A stretch of 33,996 nucleotides of DNA from Anaerolineae bacterium. GTDB taxonomy: Bacteria; Chloroflexota; Anaerolineae; Promineifilales; Promineifilaceae. A program made the translations under genes and the position numbers. The stretch spans positions 1 through 33,996 of the forward strand of contig JACSSI010000001.1 of assembly GCA_014879345.1 (NCBI GenBank). The letters run 5' to 3'. Below, one piece after another: positions 25,446 through 33,191 of the stretch; position 1 is the first letter of the stretch; every line of letters starts with the position of its first letter. The notes under the pieces are model-generated. The model did no database searches. It had not been told where the DNA came from and saw only the letters and a program-made list of their open reading frames with translations.

Positions 25446-25991
25446 CTAATTGAAAGTTAGCCATTCATCCTGCAAGATGGCGTACAGGTATTCACTACAC
25501 CAGTTGCCTTTGAACCAGATGTTGTCAATAAAATGAGCCTCACGCCTCATGCCGACCCGTTTGAGCAGCCTTGCCGACGCGATGTTTTTGACATCACAAA
25601 CGGCCGTTACCCGATGCAGTGCTAAATCTTCAAACAAGTACCTCAACAAGCGGTTGACAGCTTCACTGGCATAACCAAATCCCTGATGGCTGCGCGCAAA
25701 CGAAAATCCGATTTCTGCCTGCCGCTTATCGTGCGCCAGGGTATGAAAGGCACAATCGCCAATCATGGCTCCCGTTTCTTTCAACGCCACCGCAAACTGA
25801 TACCATCTTCCATCTGTTCCAGGAGTTGATTGCATCATTTCTTTGATAAAGGCTTCGGCTTTTTCGACGGTGTATGGCATCTCCCAGCCTTGATAGCGGG
25901 CAACTTCGGGATCAGAGCGATAGGCTAGAAATGATTCGAGGTCGGATGGCTGGAAGGGTCGTAATTTCAGGCGCTGCGTTTCAAGAATCAT
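25446..25991 (-). CDS. GNAT-family N-acetyltransferase (RimJ/RimL-like)
   Basis: 181 aa. TQRLKLRPFQPSDLESFLAYRSDPEVARY is the N-terminus typical of this subfamily. Acetyl-CoA-binding region GFGYASEAVNRLL. Confidence 0.85.
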   Translation of the reverse strand: MILETQRLKLRPFQPSDLESFLAYRSDPEVARYQGWEMPYTVEKAEAFIKEMMQSTPGTDGRWYQFAVALKETGAMIGDCAFHTLAHDKRQAEIGFSFARSHQGFGYASEAVNRLLRYLFEDLALHRVTAVCDVKNIASARLLKRVGMRREAHFIDNIWFKGNWCSEYLYAILQDEWLTFN

Positions 25992-26032
25992 GCAAAACCC
26001 TCTTTCAAATTAGACTAATCTTTACCTTTCTT

Positions 26033-27016
26033 TTAGTCGGCCGACAAGGTACTCAAAGGCAATGGTTCTAAACGTTTCTGCTTCGCCAGGCGACCCTCAT
26101 ACACACGCAAGAACACTACCCCACTCATTATCAGCAAGCTACCAGCTAATTGAGTTACCGTCAACCGCTCACCTAATAAAATGATAGCTAAAACGGCCGT
26201 GAACACCGGTTCAGTTGTCAGAATTAAGTTGACGACACTGGCTGGCAACAAACTTAAACTGACGTTGTACAATCCAAATCCAGTAACCGTCGGTCCGGCC
26301 GCCAGCAGGAGCAAAACGCCCCACCCCGCCAACGAACTGCCCAGCACAAAAAAGTCGGATGGCTGGGCAGCCGTGCCTGGAATGAGATCGCCTGGCAGCA
26401 AGTTGATGAGCAGGAGGAAAACGGTAGCAAAACTGAAGGTGTAGAGCAGTGTCGTCCACGGATTGAGGCCGCGTTGAGAAGCGGCACGTCCCATCAAACT
26501 GTAAATGGCATAGCCCAGTCCAGACAACACACCAGCCAGAATTCCCAGTAAATTTGTCTGCCAGACAGCCGGATTTAGCGCACCAGAAACCAGGACACAG
26601 CCAGCTAAACAGAGGGTGACAGCCACGATTTTGCCCCAATCGAGCCGTTCTTTGAGCAGCCACCAGCCCAGCAAGGCGGTGAACGCGGCCGAGCAGTAGA
26701 CCAACACGGTGGCAACGGCCGCCCCGTTTTGCGCCACTGACAACGTCCACAAGGAATTGAAGACAGCCAGGACTAGTCCATAAATTGCCAGGTAGCCCCA
26801 ATGGGTACGCGGCACATGCAATAGTTTGCGCTTAAACAAAGCTAATGCCACCAACAGCGTCAGCACGACAAATAAGGCACGCCAAAAGGCCAATACCAGC
26901 GGCTCGATAGCATAATTTTGGGTGAGGTAACGGATGAAAACGGCCGTTGTCGATAATAGAACAGCGCTAATCAGGGCAACGGTATAACCGCGTGTGAGGG
27001 TTGATTGTGATGACAT
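26033..27016 (-). CDS. DMT-superfamily transporter (EamA/RhaT type)
   Basis: 327 aa, about 10 hydrophobic helices in two homologous halves. Confidence 0.85.
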   Translation of the reverse strand: MSSQSTLTRGYTVALISAVLLSTTAVFIRYLTQNYAIEPLVLAFWRALFVVLTLLVALALFKRKLLHVPRTHWGYLAIYGLVLAVFNSLWTLSVAQNGAAVATVLVYCSAAFTALLGWWLLKERLDWGKIVAVTLCLAGCVLVSGALNPAVWQTNLLGILAGVLSGLGYAIYSLMGRAASQRGLNPWTTLLYTFSFATVFLLLINLLPGDLIPGTAAQPSDFFVLGSSLAGWGVLLLLAAGPTVTGFGLYNVSLSLLPASVVNLILTTEPVFTAVLAIILLGERLTVTQLAGSLLIMSGVVFLRVYEGRLAKQKRLEPLPLSTLSAD

Positions 27017-27089
27017 CCCCTTATTTTAATGCAAATTGGCATGAGGAGTAGAGCCAATAACGGCCGTTTTTCAGCATACCAATCACGGC

Positions 27090-27773
27090 TTATAACTTTC
27101 GCTGCTTGAGGGTGTAGACCTCATTCAAATGCACCAGGTTATGCCGTGTAGGCGGCATGAGCAGCAAACCAGCAAGAGTGCAGCGGCTCCAGTATTCGAG
27201 AATACTACCAGCTTCAGGCACCAGAACGCCTTCGTCCATGATTTGTTGCAGACGGTCTGCTTCTGTTTTTTGCTTGAAGTCGGTAAAGGGCAGCGTGGAG
27301 ATGATTACTTGGGTGCGTTTGCCAACGGCCGTTCTGTATTCCCGCAGCGCCACCACATCAACTTCTTCACTCAGCTTTACCACATCTGCCATCGGAATGT
27401 CGTTGCCCGAGTTGATGAAGGGGGCATTTAGCCGCTGCTGCCAGTTGTCTTCATTAAAAAGCTGAGGCTGCCCGGCTACCAGCAAGTTCATCGTAGCGTC
27501 TTCAATCCGCGCCAAAAGCCAAATATTCCAAGCAATGGAATGTTCGCCGTTTGGGGGAATTCGCCGCCATTTATCTTCTGGTAAATCGTCTAAAAGGTCA
27601 TCTTCGTAAGACCAGTCAACAGGACTGACTTTAGCAGAATGTAGAACGCTGTGCTGCTGCATAAACAGGTCAATGGCGTGCGCCTGTTGGGTTTTATCGT
27701 TTAAGGCAGCCCGTAATTCTTTTTGTTGGGCGCTCCATGCTTTCCGGAAAGTTTTGATGTCTATCATCGGCAA
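27090..27773 (-). CDS. DinB-family (DinB_2-like) helical-bundle protein
   Basis: 227 aa. HSIAWNIWLLARIED resembles the DinB-family helix-2 motif. Confidence 0.55.
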   Translation of the reverse strand: MPMIDIKTFRKAWSAQQKELRAALNDKTQQAHAIDLFMQQHSVLHSAKVSPVDWSYEDDLLDDLPEDKWRRIPPNGEHSIAWNIWLLARIEDATMNLLVAGQPQLFNEDNWQQRLNAPFINSGNDIPMADVVKLSEEVDVVALREYRTAVGKRTQVIISTLPFTDFKQKTEADRLQQIMDEGVLVPEAGSILEYWSRCTLAGLLLMPPTRHNLVHLNEVYTLKQRKL

Positions 27774-27845
27774 TTCTATGCTAGATTTTCAACCATTGTA
27801 GACATGGGTAGTTGACACCTTTTGTCAGGTAGAAATCAACAGAAA

Positions 27846-28781
27846 TTATGGTTGTAATAAGGCTTTATCAAAAAAGTTGATGACATTAGTTTCATACACT
27901 TCTGGGGCATCTCGCCAACCGCCAATATGGTCTGATTCGGCAAACACCAGCAGCTCTTTGGGGTCTGTGGCGTGGTTCAGAAAGTAGTCCATCCGATGTC
28001 GCTCAAATGAATCACCGCTGCTAATGAGCAATAACGGCCGTTCTCCCAGCATCGGCAGCACATCAATTAAAGCTAGTGGCTCGGTTACGCCTGTGTGCAT
28101 GGGCAAGAATTGATAATACATGAAGTCAACAGGTACATAGAGCCATTCATTCAAAGTTTCAGGAGGAGGCCAATCAGAAACGGCCGTTGCCCCTGGCCCA
28201 TCTGCCACGACCGCCTTCACATTTTCATCCTGTGCCGCCCCCATGATGACCACCTGCGCCCCCAACGACCAACCCAACGCCCCAATCCGTTCAGGATCTA
28301 CATCTGGTCTGGCCTGCAAATAGGCAGCCGCGGCAACCACATCCTCAGCTTCTGGTCCGCCATAGGGCACAATATCACCATCACTATCCCCATGTCCCCG
28401 TAAATCGAATAACAGCACACCATAGCCTGCCTCTGCCAGACCTTTTGCCAACCCCAACATAGACAGACGATTGCCATTTATGCCATGCAAAAGCATCACA
28501 GCCGCTTCGTTTTCTCCGGGAATGTACCAGCCATGCAGTGTTAAGCCATTAGCCGTTTCAAATGTGACTTCTTCGTAATCGAGGCCAAAATCTGCGGGCG
28601 TTTCACAACAGGGTGATTGACGACTAGGGTGAGTGTGAGCTGAGGCAGTAAGGTAGGGATAGGCAATCAATTGTAAACACAGATAGCCGATAAACAGTGC
28701 AGCTAACAAAAAGAGCAAAATATTGCGCCAATAATTTTTAGGGCTCGATTTCTTTATCATCCGACTAAAATAACTGACCAT
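27846..28781 (-). CDS. alpha/beta hydrolase with N-terminal membrane anchor
   Basis: The ATG at 28779-28781 is preferred (AGGTGA about 10 nt upstream) over the TTG at 28802. TM LLFLLAALFIGYLCLQLIAY, HG oxyanion motif LLHGINGN, nucleophile elbow GWSLGA, and a C-terminal DH. Confidence 0.8.
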   Translation of the reverse strand: MVSYFSRMIKKSSPKNYWRNILLFLLAALFIGYLCLQLIAYPYLTASAHTHPSRQSPCCETPADFGLDYEEVTFETANGLTLHGWYIPGENEAAVMLLHGINGNRLSMLGLAKGLAEAGYGVLLFDLRGHGDSDGDIVPYGGPEAEDVVAAAAYLQARPDVDPERIGALGWSLGAQVVIMGAAQDENVKAVVADGPGATAVSDWPPPETLNEWLYVPVDFMYYQFLPMHTGVTEPLALIDVLPMLGERPLLLISSGDSFERHRMDYFLNHATDPKELLVFAESDHIGGWRDAPEVYETNVINFFDKALLQP

Positions 28782-28870
28782 TATTTTATTGTCACCTGAC
28801 AAATGTCATCATTCTGTCACAACTGATTTACTACTGGTCAATTTAAGTCGCTGACTGCATAATTCCAAGC

Positions 28871-30001
28871 ATGAACTTAATCCTGCACATCACCACACGC
28901 TCAGACTGGGAAACCAGCACTTCGACAAGCTCAGTGAACACCGTTTCCCATCCTCCGTATACTGCCAAAAGCCTGCAAACTGAAGGCTTCATCCACTGCT
29001 CCACACCAGCACAAGTACTCATGCCAGCCAACGCCATGTTCAAAGGGCAAACTGACCTCCTGCTGCTCTGCATCGACGAGGATTTGGTGGCGGCAGACGT
29101 GGTTTATGAAGATTGTTATGAATCAGGCACAGCCTTTCCCCACATCTACGGCCCGATCAACCTGGATGCGGTGCTGGGTGTGGTAGATTTCCCGCCCAAC
29201 GCCGACGGCTCTTTCAACTTGCCCACGCTCATCACCCTCGCCGCCGCTCCCATTCTGAATTTCGATCCCAACCCGGTAGCCGTGCTGCAACCCGAGCATA
29301 TCCTGCAAAAGCAAGATATCAGCGAATATTGTGTGCTTTGTTTCTTCCAGGGTGTCATTACAGAACTGGTGGAAAACGGCCGTTTACACCAGGTTTATCA
29401 GCTTGGTTCAGAACGCGGCCCCAACCCAGTCTATGAAATGGAAGTCGAAGGCAAACGCATCGTCGTCATGCATCCCAACGTGGGCGCACCGATTGCCGCC
29501 GGTTTCATGGATGAGTTGATCGCGCTGGGCTGCCGCACGTTTATCGCGGCTGGCGGCTGTGGTGTGTTGAGCCAAGAGATTGGTGCCGGACATGTGATCA
29601 TCCCCACAACGGCCGTTCGGGATGAAGGCACCTCTTATCATTACCTGTTGGCTGGGGAGGAAGTGTTTGCGTCGGAAACGGCCGTTCACGCCCTCAAAAC
29701 CACCCTCGACCACCACCACGTCCCCTATGTCACCGGCAAAACCTGGACCACCGACGCTCCTTACCGCGAAACGCGCAAACTCGTCAGTCAACGCCAGGCC
29801 GAGGGCTGCCTCACCGTCGAAATGGAAACCGCCGCCTTCTTCGCTGTGGCTCAGTTCCGGGGTGTCACCTTCGGCCAAATTCTCTATGGCGGCGACGACC
29901 TCACCGGTGATGAATGGGACGGTCGCAGTTGGCAAAAGATGCGTTCCACCCGCGAAAAGCTGTTTTGGCTGGCCGTAGAGTCTTGTTTGAGACTAGCATA
30001 A
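28871..30001 (+). CDS. DUF952 domain fused to a PNP/UDP-family nucleoside phosphorylase domain
   Basis: 376 aa. The N-terminal ~115 aa (ILHITTRSDWE...LQTEGFIHCSTPAQV...FPHIYGPINLDAV) is DUF952. The rest (VVMHPNVGAPIAA, IAAGGCG, IIPTTAVRDEGTSYHY, VEMETAAFFAVAQ) is the PNP_UDP_1 fold. Confidence 0.8.
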   Translation: MNLILHITTRSDWETSTSTSSVNTVSHPPYTAKSLQTEGFIHCSTPAQVLMPANAMFKGQTDLLLLCIDEDLVAADVVYEDCYESGTAFPHIYGPINLDAVLGVVDFPPNADGSFNLPTLITLAAAPILNFDPNPVAVLQPEHILQKQDISEYCVLCFFQGVITELVENGRLHQVYQLGSERGPNPVYEMEVEGKRIVVMHPNVGAPIAAGFMDELIALGCRTFIAAGGCGVLSQEIGAGHVIIPTTAVRDEGTSYHYLLAGEEVFASETAVHALKTTLDHHHVPYVTGKTWTTDAPYRETRKLVSQRQAEGCLTVEMETAAFFAVAQFRGVTFGQILYGGDDLTGDEWDGRSWQKMRSTREKLFWLAVESCLRLA

Positions 30002-30073
30002 GAACTTTCTGCATAAACAAGCTGTTTGTGTTATGCTCACACGTTTGTATTTTTCCTTGGAGAGTAGAGAACT

Positions 30074-31711
30074 GTGTTAACCATTCAAGATGTGTCCGTG
30101 ACATTTGCTTCACGAACGTTGTTTAAAGATGTCAATCTAAAATTCTTACCTGGCAGTTGCTATGGCATGATTGGGCCAAACGGTGCCGGTAAATCCACCC
30201 TGCTCAAAGTCATCGCTGGTGAAATTGAAGCCAATAAAGGCACCATTTCTGTGGGGACTAATGAACGCATTGCCTTGCTACAACAAGATCAATTCGCCTT
30301 TGATGACCATCCCGTTTTAGAAACGGTGATCATGGGTTATCCACGCCTGCACGAGGTGCTGCAAGAACGGGAAACCATCTACAGCAAGCCAGATTTCTCT
30401 GAGGAAGATGGCATGAAAGCGGCCGAGTTGGAAATTGAACTGGCCGAGATGGATGGCTATGATGCCGAAGCAGAAGCGGCCGTTTTGCTAAACAATTTGG
30501 GCATAGACGAATCTCTGCACCACCTGTATATGCGCGAACTTGAAGCCAATCAGAAGGTACGGGTGCTGCTGGCTCAAGCCTTGTTTGGCAGTCCTGATAT
30601 TTTGCTGCTTGATGAGCCAACCAACCAACTTGACTTGACCTCGATTGCCTGGCTGGAAGATTTCTTGTTCCGCTTTCCCAACACCGTTATTGTTGTCTCC
30701 CATGACCGCCACTTTTTGAACAATGTCTGCACCCACATCGCTGATATTGATTTTGGCAAGATTCAGCTTTTTGTAGGTAATTATGATTTTTGGTATCAGG
30801 CCAGCCAGTTAACCCAGACCCAACGCCAAAATGAAGACAAGAAACGGACAGACCGCATCAAGGAGTTGGAAGAGTTTGTGCGCCGGTTTAGTGCCAACGC
30901 TTCCAAATCACGCCAGGCCACATCGCGTAAAAAGCTGATTGAAAAGCTGACGATTGAGGATTTGCCGGAATCGTCACGCCGGTTTCCCTATGTGGATTTC
31001 AAACCAGAACGGCCGTGTGGCAAAGTCATTTTGGATATAGAGCAGTTGAGTGTCACCTTAGATGAGCGCCCTTTGCTCCAAGATTTCAGCCTATCAGTGC
31101 GCCCTGGTGACAAAATCGCCTTCATCGGCCCAAATGACCTCGTCAAAACAACACTGTTTCAAATCCTGATGAATGAGCTGAAGCCAGATTCAGGTGAATT
31201 CAAGTGGGGTACGACGATTACGACCTCCTATTTTCCCAAGGAAAATTCCGCCTACTTTGACACGGGTTTGAATTTGGTTGACTGGCTGCGGCAATATTCG
31301 CTGGTGGATGACAGTGAAACGTTTGTACGCGGCTATTTAGGACGGATGTTGTTTTCTGGTGAAGAAGCGTTGAAATCGGCGCGGGTATTGTCTGGGGGCG
31401 AGAAAGTGCGCTGTATGCTGGCACGGATGATGCTGAGTGGCGCGAATGCGTTGGTTTTGGACGAGCCTACGAATCATTTAGATCTTGAGGGGATAACGGC
31501 CGTTAACGATGGCCTTATCAATTTTACCGGTGTCATACTCTTTACATCTCATGATTATCAATTCGTCGATACCATTGCCAACCGCATCGTAGAAATCGCG
31601 CCAGGTGGCGTTATCGACCGCGCCATGAGCCTTGAGCAATATATCGAAGACCCAACTGTACAAGAACTGCGTGACCAGTATTACCGGGGTCACCAAAATA
31701 TGCGCATTTAG
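30074..31711 (+). CDS. ybiT: ABC-F family ATPase, YbiT-like
   Basis: 545 aa, GTG start with GGAGAG RBS. Two ABC cassettes (GPNGAGKST and a degenerate second Walker A; LSGGEKVR). Linker RFSANASKSRQATSRKK. Collinear similarity to E. coli YbiT as I recall it. Confidence 0.85.
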   Translation: MLTIQDVSVTFASRTLFKDVNLKFLPGSCYGMIGPNGAGKSTLLKVIAGEIEANKGTISVGTNERIALLQQDQFAFDDHPVLETVIMGYPRLHEVLQERETIYSKPDFSEEDGMKAAELEIELAEMDGYDAEAEAAVLLNNLGIDESLHHLYMRELEANQKVRVLLAQALFGSPDILLLDEPTNQLDLTSIAWLEDFLFRFPNTVIVVSHDRHFLNNVCTHIADIDFGKIQLFVGNYDFWYQASQLTQTQRQNEDKKRTDRIKELEEFVRRFSANASKSRQATSRKKLIEKLTIEDLPESSRRFPYVDFKPERPCGKVILDIEQLSVTLDERPLLQDFSLSVRPGDKIAFIGPNDLVKTTLFQILMNELKPDSGEFKWGTTITTSYFPKENSAYFDTGLNLVDWLRQYSLVDDSETFVRGYLGRMLFSGEEALKSARVLSGGEKVRCMLARMMLSGANALVLDEPTNHLDLEGITAVNDGLINFTGVILFTSHDYQFVDTIANRIVEIAPGGVIDRAMSLEQYIEDPTVQELRDQYYRGHQNMRI

Positions 31712-31727
31712 CACCACAAAAAACAAT

Positions 31728-31781
31728 CAGCAGATTTCCTGGATTTTACAGATCAAACGCAATCAGAGAATCAGCGATCTA
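31728..31781 (+). repeat. Degenerate 9-nt-period array related to the CGCAGAT repeat
   Basis: CAGCAGATT TCCTGGATT TTACAGATC AAACGCAAT CAGAGAATC. Lies directly after the ABC-F stop. An inverted single unit ATCTGCA lies at 31795-31801. Confidence 0.5.
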
Positions 31782-31832
31782 TATCATTCACGAAATCTGC
31801 AAATAAAGTTCTTCCAATTTAGATAAGACAAG

Positions 31833-32120
31833 TGGGTCTAATCGCTTTGAATTTTTATCGTTAGCATCGGATAACGGCCGTTATCCTCCCAAGCCGCCGC
31901 TCAAATCATTGAAGACTTACAAGTGTGGCGTATGCACACTCCTGAGCCAAAAGATGTGTTAGCCGCTATCAAACTGCAAACACGCTACCAAACCTCTTTC
32001 TGGGACGCGATGATTATCCAAAGTGCCATCCAGTTAAAATGTGTCACCCTCTGGTCAGAAGATTTAAACGCCGGACAACTATTTCAAAGCGTTTCGGTTG
32101 AAAGTCCATTTGCAGATTAA
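31833..32120 (+). pseudogene. PIN-domain (VapC-like) toxin remnant
   Basis: The C-terminal half is intact in frame (RPLSSQAAAQIIEDLQVW...YQTSFWDAMIIQSA...LWSEDL). Upstream there is only a fragment, VGLIALNFYR, then stops, including a TAA at 31872. The N-terminal ~50 aa and the partner antitoxin are missing. Confidence 0.6.
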
Positions 32121-32131
32121 GCGTAGTGTTA

Positions 32132-32140
32132 TGTTATACT
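32132..32140 (+). promoter_or_regulatory. extended -10 TGtTATACT, 7 nt upstream of the UPF0175 ATG (leaderless configuration)
   Basis: TG at 32132-32133, TATACT at 32135-32140, ATG at 32148. No Shine-Dalgarno sequence. Confidence 0.5.
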
Positions 32141-32147
32141 TTCAAAT

Positions 32148-32420
32148 ATGAATGCGTTAACGATTGAATATTCAGAAGAATTGCTATGGGCATTGCAACA
32201 AGAACCAGACGAATTCGCCATTGAAGCACGACTGCTCTTAGCCATCAAATTATATGAAACGGGCAAACTGAGCACAGGTTTGGCCGCACAGTTTGCTGGC
32301 ATACCACGCAGTGCCTTTTTCTACGAGTTAAGCCGTCAGGGCATATCCCCCTTTGGCGAAACACCAGATGAATTAGAGGACGATCTTAAACATGCCCGCC
32401 GGGCCAGTCATTCTGAATAA
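32148..32420 (+). CDS. UPF0175-family antitoxin
   Basis: 90 aa. LLAIKLYETGKLSTGLAAQFAGIPRSAFFYELSRQGISPF matches the UPF0175 HTH pattern. Overlaps the downstream DUF3368 gene. Confidence 0.75.
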   Translation: MNALTIEYSEELLWALQQEPDEFAIEARLLLAIKLYETGKLSTGLAAQFAGIPRSAFFYELSRQGISPFGETPDELEDDLKHARRASHSE

Positions 32421-32877
32421 CACACCACTGGTGGCGTTATGGCTTCTAGACCAACTCCCCTTATTGCAACACTTATTCGGTCAAGTGCTTATTCCAACTG
32501 CGGTTCATGATGAATTTCTCGCCATCGAGCAATCTACTCGTCAACAAGCATTAGCCACATCTCCCTGGATTCAAACAACCCCTTTATCAAATCCCCAAAC
32601 AGCACAAATATATATTGGCTTGGATCGTGGAGAATCAGAGGTGTTGGCGTTGGCTTTGGAACGTTCAGCCCGACTCGTCATCATGGATGAACGCAAAGGG
32701 CGGCGATATGCAAAGCGCTTGGCATTGCCCTTAACTGGTTCATTGGGAATTCTGTTGCTGGCAAAAGAAAAGCAGTTGATCTCAGATGTTGCACCTGCTA
32801 TTGAACAATTACAGGCCAACAACCTTTACTTCGACCCTCAACTAATTGATCATGTTTTACAATTAGCGAGAGAATAA
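32392..32877 (+). CDS. DUF3368 PIN-like nuclease toxin
   Basis: 161 aa. VILNNTPLVAL...GESEVLALALE...LVIMDERKGRRYAKRL...GSLGILLLAKE is typical of DUF3368 partners of UPF0175. Confidence 0.75.
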   Translation: MPAGPVILNNTPLVALWLLDQLPLLQHLFGQVLIPTAVHDEFLAIEQSTRQQALATSPWIQTTPLSNPQTAQIYIGLDRGESEVLALALERSARLVIMDERKGRRYAKRLALPLTGSLGILLLAKEKQLISDVAPAIEQLQANNLYFDPQLIDHVLQLARE

Positions 32878-32978
32878 CAACGGCCGTTTCGATAAGCTCA
32901 AGACAAGCCGTTTCTTCCCCACCCCGTGTTATAATCTCCATACCACTCATTTCCCACCTAAATTAAGGAGTTCAGCCC

Positions 32979-33150
32979 ATGACCCAAGTCACTCCCTACC
33001 AACCGCAAAACAAAATTCGCATCGTCACTGCCGCTTCCCTGTTTGACGGCCACGATGCCGCCATCAACATCATGCGCCGCATCCTGCAACCCCTGGTGGC
33101 GAGGTCATCCACCTGGGGCATAACCGCAGTGTGGACGAAATTGTGAAAAC
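32979..33150 (+). pseudogene. 5' fragment of an icmF-like (fused isobutyryl-CoA mutase) gene, frameshifted and truncated
   Basis: [37 protein letters not shown], then a frame loss. [20 protein letters not shown] continues in another frame, consistent with a 1-nt deletion near 33087. Homology ends near 33150. It carries its own copy of the promoter and RBS (32927-32970). Confidence 0.7.
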
Positions 33151-33176
33151 GGCATCACTCAGCAACTTTATTCCTG

Positions 33177-33185
33177 TGTTATAAT
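33177..33185 (+). promoter_or_regulatory. extended -10 TGtTATAAT, 6 nt upstream of the MNT ATG (leaderless configuration)
   Basis: TG at 33177-33178, TATAAT at 33180-33185, ATG at 33192. No Shine-Dalgarno sequence. Confidence 0.5.
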
Positions 33186-33191
33186 TCCCAC

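Larger units (their letters stand above)
1287..32888. repeat. Dispersed hyper-abundant palindromic decamer AACGGCCGTT (HIP-like word), 40 exact copies
   Basis: Manual scan; a few copies could be missed. Exact copies start at 1287,1582,1930,2397,2721,4765,5861,6037,8599,9009,9963,10290,10929,11145,11287,11739,14262,14878,16519,16536,17004,17139,17457,18330,18407,18777,19331,20621,25599,26939,27059,27324,28033,28179,29375,29608,29677,31495,31873,32879. One-mismatch copies start at 1146,6344,6563,12965,23467,26192,30475,31008. Expected count for a given 10-mer in 34 kb at equal base use is about 0.03. Confidence 0.9.

Noticed and set aside
26211-26801. 196-aa ORF in an alternative frame of the EamA transporter gene
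   Set aside because: It lies on the same strand but out of frame with a clear 10-TM DMT protein, and its product is Gly/Arg/Cys-rich nonsense composition.
1287-32888. Palindrome as the target of an active EagI-like (CGGCCG) restriction system, or as a vector/adapter artefact
   Set aside because: Active restriction targets are normally avoided, not enriched more than 1000-fold. The copies are embedded in frame in conserved proteins with varied flanks, so they are genuine genomic sequence. An orphan methyltransferase remains possible and is kept in the finding.
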